From: Batkoa obscura
Taxonomy: Eukaryota
Direction: 5' to 3'
Assembly (NCBI GenBank): GCA_030770535.1
Contig: JASVEC010000135.1
Span: forward strand, 1-44,129
DNA: 44,129 bases
Part shown: in pieces, positions 24,427-34,871 of the stretch
Layout: every line of letters starts with the position of its first letter
How positions within the stretch are numbered: the first letter of the stretch is position 1
Position numbers and translations under genes: made by a program
The notes under the pieces: generated by a model
The model's input: the letters and a program-made list of their open reading frames with translations, nothing else
Told to the model about the DNA's origin: nothing
Databases searched by the model: none

Positions 24427-27400
24427 ATGAAAAACTTCATTCTATTAACTTTACAGTTAATAGCGCTAACCTCAGTATTTTCTCAAAAATGTCCACTGCC
24501 TACCGACTCCTGTCAAGTAGGTTTTAAGACTTTCAAATATACTGATCCAGCTGTACCCCCATGTTGGTTAAGCGTTGGCACAAGCTGGAAGTGTTATTCC
24601 AGGAATAACGGTATATGTAATGTAGCTTTTAATCAAGTTGATATTAAAAGTTGTACCAATCCAACGCCTAAACCAGTTTGTCCCCTCATATCAGATGTGT
24701 GTAAAGTTAATAACATTCTATTAAAACCAAACGATCCAACAGCACCTTTATGTTGGATAAAGGGAATCGATGGGTGGCAATGTTCAGATAAAATCAATAA
24801 TTCATGTGATGCTGCCAAAGGTCAAATGGACGTTACTGCTTGTAATCTTCCACCCCCAATTCCAATTTGTCCGAAGGCCACAGACACATGTATCAATGGT
24901 AGTTCTACCTTTGTTGCTAATGATCCAACAGCACCTAGTTGTTGGTCAAAAACTATTTCAGGGTGGATCTGCCAAGTAAGCATTAGTGGTGTCTGTGATC
25001 CCTTGAAAGGTCAATTAAATATATCTACTTGTAACATTCCGCCACCAATTCCAGCGTGCCCAAAAGCAATCGAAACATGTGTTTCCAGTACCAAAACCTT
25101 CTTAGCAAATGATCCAAAAGCTCCGTTATGTTGGTTTAAGACTAATTTAGGATGGGCTTGCCAACCAAGTACTGATGCTGGATGTGACATTAATAAAGGC
25201 CAACTGAATATTACAACATGTAATATCCCACCTCCAGTTCCAGATTGCCCAAAAGCCACTGACACATGTACAAATGGTACTCTTATTTTTAGCGCGAATA
25301 GTCCAAACGTACCAAAATGCTGGTCAAAGACAGCCTCTGGATGGAATTGCGAAGGGAATACTAATACTATTTGCGACTCTTCAAAAGGCCAACTAGACAT
25401 CAGTATTTGTAATATTCCACCTCCAGTACCTACATGTCCTAAAGCAACTGATATTTGTTCAAACGGATTTGAATCATTTGTAGCTAACAATCAAAATGCT
25501 CCTCATTGTTGGATGAAATCATCTTCTGGTTGGGTTTGTCAAGGAAGTGCTGGTGTTGCATGTGATGCCATGAAAGGCCAATTAGATATTATTACATGTA
25601 ATTTTCCGCCACCAATTCCCACTTGTCCAAAGCCAACAGAAACATGTGATTTTAGTACTACAGCTTTTACAGCTAATGATCCAAATGCTCCAAAGTGTTG
25701 GTCAAAGTCTACTTCAGGATGGATTTGCCAAGGAAGTGCTAGTGAAATTTGTGATGCTACCAAAGGCCAATTGAACATATCAACTTGCAATATTCCACCT
25801 CTAATTCCTACATGCCCAAAACCTACCGAAACTTGTAGCTCTGGTACCAGAACGTTTTTGGCCAATGATCCAAATGTACCAAGATGTTGGTCTAAAGTTA
25901 CTGCAGGGTGGATATGCCAAGTAGCTACTAACGCTAAATGCGACGTTGCTAAAGGCCAATTAGATATCAATTCTTGTAATATCCCACCTCCAGTTCCTAC
26001 TTGTCCAAAAGCTGTGGAAACATGTTCAAATGGTAATGCCGTATTTGCCGCTAATGATCCAAATGCACCAAAATGTTGGTCTAAATCCACCTCTGGATGG
26101 ACCTGTGGAATATCTAATAACTTTGGATGTGACACTAGTAAAGGGCAGTTAGATATTACAACATGTAATATCTCACCCCCAATCCCTGCTTGTCCAAAAG
26201 CTACTGACGCTTGCTCAAATGGTAATTCCACATTTGTTGCTAACGATCCAAATGTACCAAAGTGCTGGTCAAAGATTATTTCAGGATGGAACTGTCAAGG
26301 AAGTGTTAAAATTGCTTGTGATTCCTCAAAAGGCCAATTAGACATTAGTACGTGTAACCTTCCTCTACCAATTCCTGCCTGCCCAAAAGCTACAGATATT
26401 TGCTCAAATGGTAATGTCACATTTGCAGCCAATGATCCGAACGCTCCAAGATGTTGGTCAAAAACTACCCTCGGATGGAGTTGTCAAGGGAATTCTAATC
26501 CTACATGCGACACCTCAAAGGGTCAGTTAGATATCTCAACTTGCAATATCCCGCCTCCAATCCCGAATTGTCCAAAAGCCATCGATACCTGTAAATCCGG
26601 TGATGTTATTTTTGCTGCAAACAGCCTAAATGCACCAAAATGTTGGATTAAAACTACTTCTGGGTGGATTTGCCAAGGAAACTTAAATACCATGTGTGAT
26701 ATTTCTAAAGGTCAATTAGATATTAAATCATGTAATATTCCTCCAGCTATAATCCCAGATTGTCCAAAAGCCACGGAAGCTTGTTCTTCTGGTACTACAA
26801 GCTTCAAAGCAAATGATCTAAATGTGCCAAAATGTTGGTCTAAATCATCATCTGGCACATGGATCTGTTTGAATGGCTCAAATGGTAAATGTGATGCTAC
26901 TATTAACCAATTAGATATCACAACATGTAATATTCTACCTCCAATCCCAGATTGTCCAAAGGCCACCGATACCTGTAATTCTGGAAGTGCAGGATTCACA
27001 GCCAATGACCCAAATGCACCAAAATGTTGGTCTAAGACCTCTTCGGGATGGAGTTGTCAAGGAGACTTTAACTCTAAATGTGACAATTCTAAAGGACAAT
27101 TAGATATTAAGGCATGTAATATTTCACCCCCACCTGTTCCTAAATGTCCAACTTCCACCGATATTTGTAATTTCCAAGGACAACAATTTAGCCCTAGCAG
27201 TATCAATGCACCAAGCTGCTGGGCAGCTAACGCAAATGGATGGAGTTGTATTGCCAAAGTTAACGGCCAATGTAATGCACTTAAAGGAGAAAAGGATATT
27301 TCAACCTGCTCTTTTCCAAAACCACCTGTGACGTGCCCAACAAAAAATGATTACTGTTGGTATGGTTACTATTATTTCTATGCATCTGAATCATTTGTTC

Positions 27401-27675
27401 CTACTTGCTGGACTAAAACTAATTATGGTTGGTCTTGCTCCTTTAAATCTGGTGCTTCTTGTGTTAAAGATCAAGTTGATATTAAAACTTGTTCTATTCA
27501 ACCTCCTAACAATTGTCCTGCAAATTACGATAAATGCTATGATAGCTATGGACGCTCTTATTATCGCTATTCCTATGGTACTCCTAAATGCTGGTCAAAA
27601 TCTTATTTTGGATGGTTTTGTAGGAACTCGCGTAATGGCTGTAGTTCTTCAGAAACCGATATAACAACTTGCTAG
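24427..27675 (+). CDS. Secreted cysteine-rich tandem-repeat protein, 1082 aa, 17 modules of ~63 aa with 6 Cys each; function unknown
   Basis: Signal peptide MKNFILLTLQLIALTSVFSQ from ATG 24427. Module consensus CPKATDxCxxGxxxFxANDPNAPKCWSKTxSGWxCQGxxxxxCDxSKGQLDIxTCNIPPPIP. Intronless; no TM or GPI tail visible. Confidence 0.9.
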   Translation: MKNFILLTLQLIALTSVFSQKCPLPTDSCQVGFKTFKYTDPAVPPCWLSVGTSWKCYSRNNGICNVAFNQVDIKSCTNPTPKPVCPLISDVCKVNNILLKPNDPTAPLCWIKGIDGWQCSDKINNSCDAAKGQMDVTACNLPPPIPICPKATDTCINGSSTFVANDPTAPSCWSKTISGWICQVSISGVCDPLKGQLNISTCNIPPPIPACPKAIETCVSSTKTFLANDPKAPLCWFKTNLGWACQPSTDAGCDINKGQLNITTCNIPPPVPDCPKATDTCTNGTLIFSANSPNVPKCWSKTASGWNCEGNTNTICDSSKGQLDISICNIPPPVPTCPKATDICSNGFESFVANNQNAPHCWMKSSSGWVCQGSAGVACDAMKGQLDIITCNFPPPIPTCPKPTETCDFSTTAFTANDPNAPKCWSKSTSGWICQGSASEICDATKGQLNISTCNIPPLIPTCPKPTETCSSGTRTFLANDPNVPRCWSKVTAGWICQVATNAKCDVAKGQLDINSCNIPPPVPTCPKAVETCSNGNAVFAANDPNAPKCWSKSTSGWTCGISNNFGCDTSKGQLDITTCNISPPIPACPKATDACSNGNSTFVANDPNVPKCWSKIISGWNCQGSVKIACDSSKGQLDISTCNLPLPIPACPKATDICSNGNVTFAANDPNAPRCWSKTTLGWSCQGNSNPTCDTSKGQLDISTCNIPPPIPNCPKAIDTCKSGDVIFAANSLNAPKCWIKTTSGWICQGNLNTMCDISKGQLDIKSCNIPPAIIPDCPKATEACSSGTTSFKANDLNVPKCWSKSSSGTWICLNGSNGKCDATINQLDITTCNILPPIPDCPKATDTCNSGSAGFTANDPNAPKCWSKTSSGWSCQGDFNSKCDNSKGQLDIKACNISPPPVPKCPTSTDICNFQGQQFSPSSINAPSCWAANANGWSCIAKVNGQCNALKGEKDISTCSFPKPPVTCPTKNDYCWYGYYYFYASESFVPTCWTKTNYGWSCSFKSGASCVKDQVDIKTCSIQPPNNCPANYDKCYDSYGRSYYRYSYGTPKCWSKSYFGWFCRNSRNGCSSSETDITTC
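24490..27672 (+). repeat. Coding tandem repeat, ~189-bp unit x17 (diverged)
   Basis: Recurring TGTCCAAAAGC, TGTTGGTC(A/T)AA and AAAGG(C/T)CAA(T/C)TAGA motifs at ~189-bp spacing. Confidence 0.9.
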
Positions 27676-28329
27676 TTTTAATGTGTTTTTAAAGTACCGA
27701 AATATATTTATTAGAAATAAAATTTTCAAAACTATTTATCTTAATATTGATTTAAGCTATTATAAGTAAATTATAGTTTCCAAAGTGCTATAATAATGTT
27801 TTTGGAGGTATTCACAATCTTTTTTAAGCCTACTTGATCCCAAAAGGGTAAGCAGTGATTTATTTAAAGAAATGGCTCCATAGAGTACTTTTGAGTGGCG
27901 AAATGGACTCTATATTCATTTTTTAATAATAATCATTTTTAAATTTAGATATTCAATACACTGTAATTATAAAATAAGCTTGTATATAAAAACAGTCTTA
28001 TACATAATGCCTAAAAAATGTTATGTTGCATTACATTTTCAGTAAAGTGTCCATAATTCTATCCAGAAGACTCATGTTTTTATGATTTAGATGCTAAATA
28101 ATTTGTATTAATAGAATACAATCGCTATATATTTTGTACTTAATGATTAAAAATTCATACAACTTAGACTATATGGATAATATTGATTCATTACTCGATA
28201 AAACTCACATTGTAAAATATTAAAAAATAATAATAGAAAGAGTTGTTGAAAACAGTCGAGTTTATTCATAAGATTAATTAAATTACCAATCTATGTTGTG
28301 GATAAATGATACGATATTAGCAAATTAAC

Positions 28330-29958
28330 TTATTTTAAATTTTCTTGTGGAACTAAAGGCCCGCGATTTTTTAAAGGGATATGCTTTAAACAAAGTGCAG
28401 CTATAAATGAGACAGAAAAGAAAGCAATCCCAGTTAAAAACATAGAGTGGAAACCATCAACATAAGATTGAACTACTACGGCTCTAAGTTCTGGTGTCAA
28501 AGTTTGAATATAAGTCGATGATTGAAATAAAGATCCAATATTGACAGTTGGTGCATTTTTAGCTAAGGAGGAAGCTAATACGTTTTGATATACTGCTCCT
28601 AACACTCCCATTCCTATTACTCCGTCTAAAGATTGTGAAAAACTTACCAATGATGTTACAATGGCTGCATCTTTCATATCAACAGCTACTTGTGATGCAA
28701 TTGTGTTGACTTGAATACAAAGCCCTATGCCCAATCCGATAAACAAAGAAAAAATTATCAATTCTGCCCTTGAAATATCAACCCTCATTAAAGATCCCAT
28801 AAGACAAGTGCCAATAACACCAATACCAGCACCAGTTATAGAAAGAGGGCGATAGATACCAGTTTTAACAATAAAAATACTAGAACCTGTTGAGCAGAAG
28901 ACTACCTCCAACATGGTAGCCAAAAGTTCTAAGCCTGAGTTAATGGATGATTCCTCATGTACAATTTGATAATATAATGGTAAATAAGTAACAGTTGAAA
29001 AAAGCATACACCCATTAAAGAAGGCTGTGAAATCTGCAGATATAACATTACGAACTAAAACATGCCCTGGTATGATTGGCTCTTTAGATACTTTCCATTG
29101 GAAGAAAATAAAAAGGAGTAAGAAGGCAATACCTAAACAGAGAGAAACAACAACTGCTGTAGAGTTCCAGGGATATTGTTGTCCACCCCAATTTAAGCCC
29201 AATACTATAAGTGAAGTAAAGATGAGTAAGGTGGCTGAACCTAAATAATCGACTCTAGATAACTTTTCTTTCATGTTTTGTTTAGATGTAGGTAAACGAA
29301 GAAAAAAGCCTATAACAAACATAGCTAGTAGACAAATTGGAATGTTAATGTAAAAACACCACCTCCAGCTAGCTTCTTCGGTAAGAGCACCACCTATCGA
29401 TGGACCAACAACTGAAGCAACAGCAAAATTAGCTCTAACCATACCCATATATAACCCCCTCTTCCTTAGTGAAACAATATCGGATATAATAATAACTGAA
29501 AGAGATATAAGACCACCAACACCGATACCAGCAATAGCACGACAAATAATTAAAATCTCAATAGTTTGTGCAGCACTACATAGTACTGAACCAACTAAAA
29601 AGACACCAAGGGCAAATAACATAACATCACGTCGACCAAAGATATCAGAAAATTTACCATATAATGGTTGGAAAGCGGTAGAAGATAATAAATAAGAAGT
29701 AGTAACCCAAGTTACTTGGTCAAAAGCATTAAAATCAGAGGTAACGTTTGCTAAAGAAGTAGCAATAATAGTAGTATCTAGGGCTGCTACAAATATTGAC
29801 AAAACCAAACCTAACATAATTAAAAGGAATCTTGTTTTTGATACTTCAACTTTTGGTTGATCGAGCTTGGAAGGATTTATTGAAGCTTGACTTTCTAATT
29901 GTTTTTCGCTGTTATGGACGCTAAAAGCATCATCAATTTGAGTATCTATAGAAGACAC
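28330..29958 (-). CDS. MFS drug:H+ antiporter, DHA2 (14-TMS) family; possibly an incipient pseudogene
   Basis: Motifs ALDTTIIATSL, WVTTSYLL, QPLYGKFSDIFGRR, VVGPSIGG, WRWCFYINIP, DYLG, WGGQQYPWNS. No in-frame ATG at the N-terminus (GTG 29958). Several conserved Gly positions carry charged residues. Confidence 0.88.
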   Translation of the reverse strand: MSSIDTQIDDAFSVHNSEKQLESQASINPSKLDQPKVEVSKTRFLLIMLGLVLSIFVAALDTTIIATSLANVTSDFNAFDQVTWVTTSYLLSSTAFQPLYGKFSDIFGRRDVMLFALGVFLVGSVLCSAAQTIEILIICRAIAGIGVGGLISLSVIIISDIVSLRKRGLYMGMVRANFAVASVVGPSIGGALTEEASWRWCFYINIPICLLAMFVIGFFLRLPTSKQNMKEKLSRVDYLGSATLLIFTSLIVLGLNWGGQQYPWNSTAVVVSLCLGIAFLLLFIFFQWKVSKEPIIPGHVLVRNVISADFTAFFNGCMLFSTVTYLPLYYQIVHEESSINSGLELLATMLEVVFCSTGSSIFIVKTGIYRPLSITGAGIGVIGTCLMGSLMRVDISRAELIIFSLFIGLGIGLCIQVNTIASQVAVDMKDAAIVTSLVSFSQSLDGVIGMGVLGAVYQNVLASSLAKNAPTVNIGSLFQSSTYIQTLTPELRAVVVQSYVDGFHSMFLTGIAFFSVSFIAALCLKHIPLKNRGPLVPQENLK

Positions 29959-30012
29959 TTCTATGTTTAAAATAACATTTAACTATTCAAGTTGAAAACT
30001 GAATTCATTGCC

Positions 30013-30020
30013 TTTATATA
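30013..30020 (-). promoter_or_regulatory. Candidate TATA box for the MFS gene
   Basis: TATATAAA on the minus strand about 55 nt upstream of the ORF start; weak evidence in AT-rich DNA. Confidence 0.35.
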
Positions 30021-30348
30021 CTTGTATGATTACAATTAGAAATTATTTGTATGTTTGAATTTATTTACAATGAATCGTCACACTAAATTTGATTTACATA
30101 AGTTAGAAATTTATATTAGTAATCTAGTTTTTATTTACTTTCAATTTATTTTAGCTTCGATCATTCTATTAATAATTCATGCTATTTATTTATTGTATAA
30201 ACGAATACAATAAGATAACTTTAGTTTTAAAAAACTCATTATTAAGATTTTGACATATAGTAATTTTTTACACAAATTTGATATAAACTATACAATTAAT
30301 ATTAAAATACTGAGATATCTTTATGATATAGCCAAAAAATATTTATAT

Positions 30349-30447
30349 GGGGATGTTTTTTTTAGTTTCAGCATTTTTTCCATCTTTTAAGCACTATTTG
30401 AGTGGAAAAATTGTTAGTAAAATTCTTGAATACAAAAATACATTCCC
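30349..30447 (-). mobile_element. ~100-bp MITE copy
   Basis: GGGGATGTTTTTTTTAGTTTCA...ACATTCCC; TSD ATAT. Confidence 0.9.
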
Positions 30448-31181
30448 ATATAGTGTTTTTTGAATCGTGTAGTGCTAGAAATCATTTAAGCACATTTTTA
30501 AAAAAATATTAAAAATAAGCCGAAGGTCTGATTTTAGATAAAACTTCGTTATAGTACTTAGATCATTCCCTAATATTATACAATTTAAGAATATTCATGG
30601 TTAACTGAAGATAAATCAAATTAAAAAATTCCGTCATAAATGGAGTATAAATATTCTTAGTATTGATTCGTAATATTGTTTTCTTTGTATTAAATATTGG
30701 ATCAAATCCTATATCAAGATTTGATATATTATAGCTTTTTGACCTTTTTTTAAATGTCCGATTTAACAAAATTAGCTGGATAGTATTCAATACATTTAAC
30801 ATGCTTATATAAAGGCTACCATTTCTTTATGGCTTTGTTTAGTGAATTATTTTTCATGAAAGTATGATAGCTTTAAAGTAAATTCAGTATAATACCAGAT
30901 ATTAATATAAAATTATAATAGTGATATTTGACCATAAAAAAATCATAAAGTTTGGATCTAGGTTTATGTAATTAAATTAAGAGATTGAGTAAATTAGTAT
31001 TAACATCAATACTTAATTAAAATCTTTAGTCTAATATAAAATAGTTAAAGTAGAAAACGATTCTAATTGTCAATAGTACTTAACAAATTGTGTAAAAAAG
31101 CTAAATGTTAGTTAAGTTTCATATCATATTAAACTTGATAACCTATTTGAAATATGATTGTTTAGATATTTATTAATAAAT

Positions 31182-31275
31182 GGGGATGTTTTTTGGTTTC
31201 TGCTTTTTCCACCTTTTAAGCGCCATTTGAGCAGAAAAATTATTAGTAAAATCCTTAAACACAAAATACATCCCC
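31182..31275 (-). mobile_element. ~95-bp MITE copy
   Basis: GGGGATGT...ACATCCCC; flanks AAAT/ATAA (imperfect). Confidence 0.88.
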
Positions 31276-31647
31276 ATAAACTTCATGCAAACATATACCA
31301 CTGTATGCATATTTATATTAAAAACTTTACATAAGTTGAAGTACTAGAGTTTCTTAATTGAGTTTTTCTACTACGTATATTTTTACAATAAAGTGTAAAG
31401 TTTATATTCTATTATATTAATTTATTGAAAATTTTTTGTTTTTGATATACGAAAAAGTGATAAAATTTAATAGTTTTAATTTTAACTTAATCTTTCAATA
31501 ACAATGTCAATTCATTATACAGTTTTCATTAACATACTGCTACATTTCTATAATTTTTAATATGTGTCAAATTGAAAAACTTTACTTAGGTTAATAAACC
31601 CAACATAAGCACGTATTTTATAAAAAATTATTTTTATTCTTATTTAG

Positions 31648-31689
31648 TTAAAAAATGGGAAAAGTGATGAAAACCGAAAAAAATGCCCC
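31648..31689 (+). mobile_element. Partial MITE (right end only)
   Basis: TTAAAAAATGGGAAAAGTGATGAAAACCGAAAAAAATGCCCC followed by ATAT. Confidence 0.65.
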
Positions 31690-32111
31690 ATATGCTGGAG
31701 GAGCACTTATTAATTATATTAAAGGACGAATATAGTTTCAAACAAAAGGTTACTGGAATCAAATGAAGTATTTAGACTGGAAGCGATTTTAGTATAGGAT
31801 TCTTATTCTTGCTTATGCCCCTTTTATTAAAAATGCTTTTTGCTCAAAACATTCATATTTAAGGTAGAACAAAAAATAGAGTAGAATAATGAGAAAAATA
31901 TAAGGGTGAAACATAAAGTTAATTGGTTTTGCTATTTTATTCATACTCACTCAGTTAATCTACCAGCTTGTTTACAATGTTTGGAAACTAAATTAAAAAG
32001 CACAAAAATTATAAAAATGGTAAAAATTTAAAAGAATTAATAAATTAAAAGAATTATGTAGTAACATAATAAATTAAACTAAAAGAAACAAAAAGGATTT
32101 AGTTTTCTTTT

Positions 32112-32987
32112 ATGCGGCTAATAAAGATAATTGCAAGTGCTTTAGCTACCAGATGTCTAAGTAAACTAAATCGAGTTGACCCAAGAGGGTACGCAAAGGT
32201 TAAGCCAAGCCTTGAAACAATTCAGCAGAGTCTAACTGATAATCCAAACACATCAGATGGTAGAATAGTGGGAGGAGTAAAAGCAAACAAAAGTGAATTT
32301 CCATGGCTAGTATCAATTGGAAATCAATATAGTGGACATATGTGCGGTGGTACTTTGATTCATGAGAAAGTAGTCTTGACAGCAGCACATTGTATATCGG
32401 ATAAGTATGAAATGGAAGATTTGTACATTGGGTATGGAAAAAATGATCTGGATGGGGTTGATGGAGAAGAATATAAAGTTTTGAAAACAATCAAACATGG
32501 GAATTATAGCGAAAAGGGAATTGAATTATTAGATGATATTGGTATTTTTATATTAAAAGAAGAAGTTAAAGATGGGAAAATTGTACCAAAAATTAGCGAT
32601 ATTGAAGAGAATTATAAAGATGAATCTTTTATCGTTGCTGGTTGGGGACATACTAAGTTTGAAGGTCAAATGTCAAATTCCTTGTTAAAGGTTAGTCTTA
32701 AAATTATTGATACGAAAACATGTAAAAAAACATGGCCTTCTTTGGACGAGAAGTTTTCTATATGCGCTGGTACTAAAGAAGGAGGAAAAGATGCGTGCCA
32801 AGGAGATTCTGGTGGTCCCTTAATGAAGTCAGACGAAGATGGGCAATATTCAATTGTAGGTGTTGTTTCCAATGGGATAAAATGCGCAGAACCTGGTGTT
32901 CCTGGTACTTATGCTAAAGTCAGAAGCTACCTTCCATGGATTCAAAAAACTATGAAAAAAGAAAGTTTAGAATTACAATTAAAATGA
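32112..32987 (+). CDS. Secreted trypsin-like serine protease (S1A), pre-pro form, intronless
   Basis: R|IVGG activation site; triad motifs TAAHC, DDIG, GDSGGP; KDACQGDS (Asp189, trypsin specificity); PGTYAKV. Confidence 0.95.
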   Translation: MRLIKIIASALATRCLSKLNRVDPRGYAKVKPSLETIQQSLTDNPNTSDGRIVGGVKANKSEFPWLVSIGNQYSGHMCGGTLIHEKVVLTAAHCISDKYEMEDLYIGYGKNDLDGVDGEEYKVLKTIKHGNYSEKGIELLDDIGIFILKEEVKDGKIVPKISDIEENYKDESFIVAGWGHTKFEGQMSNSLLKVSLKIIDTKTCKKTWPSLDEKFSICAGTKEGGKDACQGDSGGPLMKSDEDGQYSIVGVVSNGIKCAEPGVPGTYAKVRSYLPWIQKTMKKESLELQLK

Positions 32988-34871
32988 ATAATTATTAATA
33001 CCACTTTTAGTGCTGGGTTTGTCAAGCGCTTATGCTTGCCCTACAGCTTTTGAATTTTATATTAAAGCAAATATAAGTAGACTTAATATTATTTTTGAAC
33101 TGCAAGAACATTTCGATATAAATAGCTTTAAGAATAGAACTTATAAAGCAATTATTAAAACTATATAAAACTTGGCAAAAATGCTTGTTAAGACATTCAG
33201 CTGTTTATATATCTTTTAAGATGATATTTAAACTCAAATACAGTGCATTAAGTTAATAAAGTACCAAATATAATATACATTGAATATTTTACATTGTTCT
33301 ATCGATACTATTTAATAAATTTCACAAAACTTAGGTTCAATATTAATATGTCTTATTCATTTATCATTACCTTAGCATAAAGTGAATTTTATTCTCAACC
33401 ATCTAATAGGCTATAACACTAGTAAAATAATGAAAAATAATAAATGAAGTTAAAATATGTAAATTTTTATACAATTCTCAACTATGTCAATTATTTTAGC
33501 TAAATTAATCAAAGATGTTTCAGGAAACATACATAATTTTTTATAAACAATGAGTATTTACTATCAACTCGGCATAACATAGTTTTTATTCTCAAATTGA
33601 TTGGTATAGCTAATATTATTAATATTACCAACTATTATATTAATAAATGGTAAATAAAATGATTTCAAATGTACGAGTTTTTTTATACTATTCTCAACTA
33701 ATGGCCTATAATGTATAACTAATATCTTTTATACAATTTAGCAAACATTATGTAGCATAGTTTTAGTCATTGTTCTTCAAATAAACAACAGCAATTGAAA
33801 TAATGGTCATAAATTATTTTTTAATACGAAAATACCATTAAAGTTTTTTCACCATAATAAGGTTAATTTTAAATATACAAAACTGCACGAATTAAAGTTT
33901 ATTATCATTGTTTAAGTTTTATTATCAATATATAAGCTTACAATGATACTTCATTTTTTAGTACCTGGGATAATTAATAATAAAAAAACGTTAAGTTAAT
34001 AAAAAAAAGCTAGAATGTAGTAATTTACAATCTACTATAAATAGTAATAATAAATTAAAATTACATTAAAATATACTCACTTAGTCACTTTAAAATCTGT
34101 TTTATTGTTGTATTTTAAGTCTTTAAATTTAAAAAGAAAATGTTATCATTATATGAATAACGATTTCATTAAATATTACTCTTATGAGTCCTTATTTTAT
34201 TTATTTATTTTATATTTAGTATGACTTAAGTTGAAGTTAAATTTGTTTTTTTAAATCCCTATTTTCCTTTCCTGTATTATTCTCCTGAAAAATGATCTCA
34301 ATTAGTGGTTCTTAGTTCTATCTGCTATGAGGCTTTCAATATAAGGTCTAACTTGATTTAATACAAATTATTTACTAATACAGCTGGTTTTACCTCCATA
34401 AACTATTATTTTAAGTAATGGCTTATCTCATTTCTTTGAAACGAAACTATAATGCGTCATCATAAGGTGAAATTGATTTAACTTTTTTACACACTTTTTA
34501 TTACAAGTCTTTTTTAGCTTTCTTATTTCTCTCCAATGTATGAACCACAATTTTATTCTCTTTATCATTTTCAGTCAAAAGGGATTGAATTTAGCTTTTA
34601 CTCTTTATTTACACCAATCAACGTACAGAATTTGAAGGCATAAATTTATAAATTTAGATTTTCAAAGAATTGTAAACTTGAAGTTGAAAAAGCTAAGGGG
34701 TAATTATCATGCACTTGAAGTTAAAAGGTGTAGGATAACTTGCATAACTTCAACCACAATTTCAAAATTAATAGCTATTTTAAACTTAAGCCACTATAAA
34801 ATACTATAAATTACTCAAGTCCAGACAATTTTTATTTTAATTTTTTAAAACTAATTTTTGTCTGAAAATAA

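Noticed and set aside
24633..27664. Antisense and alternative-frame ORFs over the Cys-repeat gene
   Set aside because: Shadow ORFs produced by the repetitive codon pattern of the sense gene.
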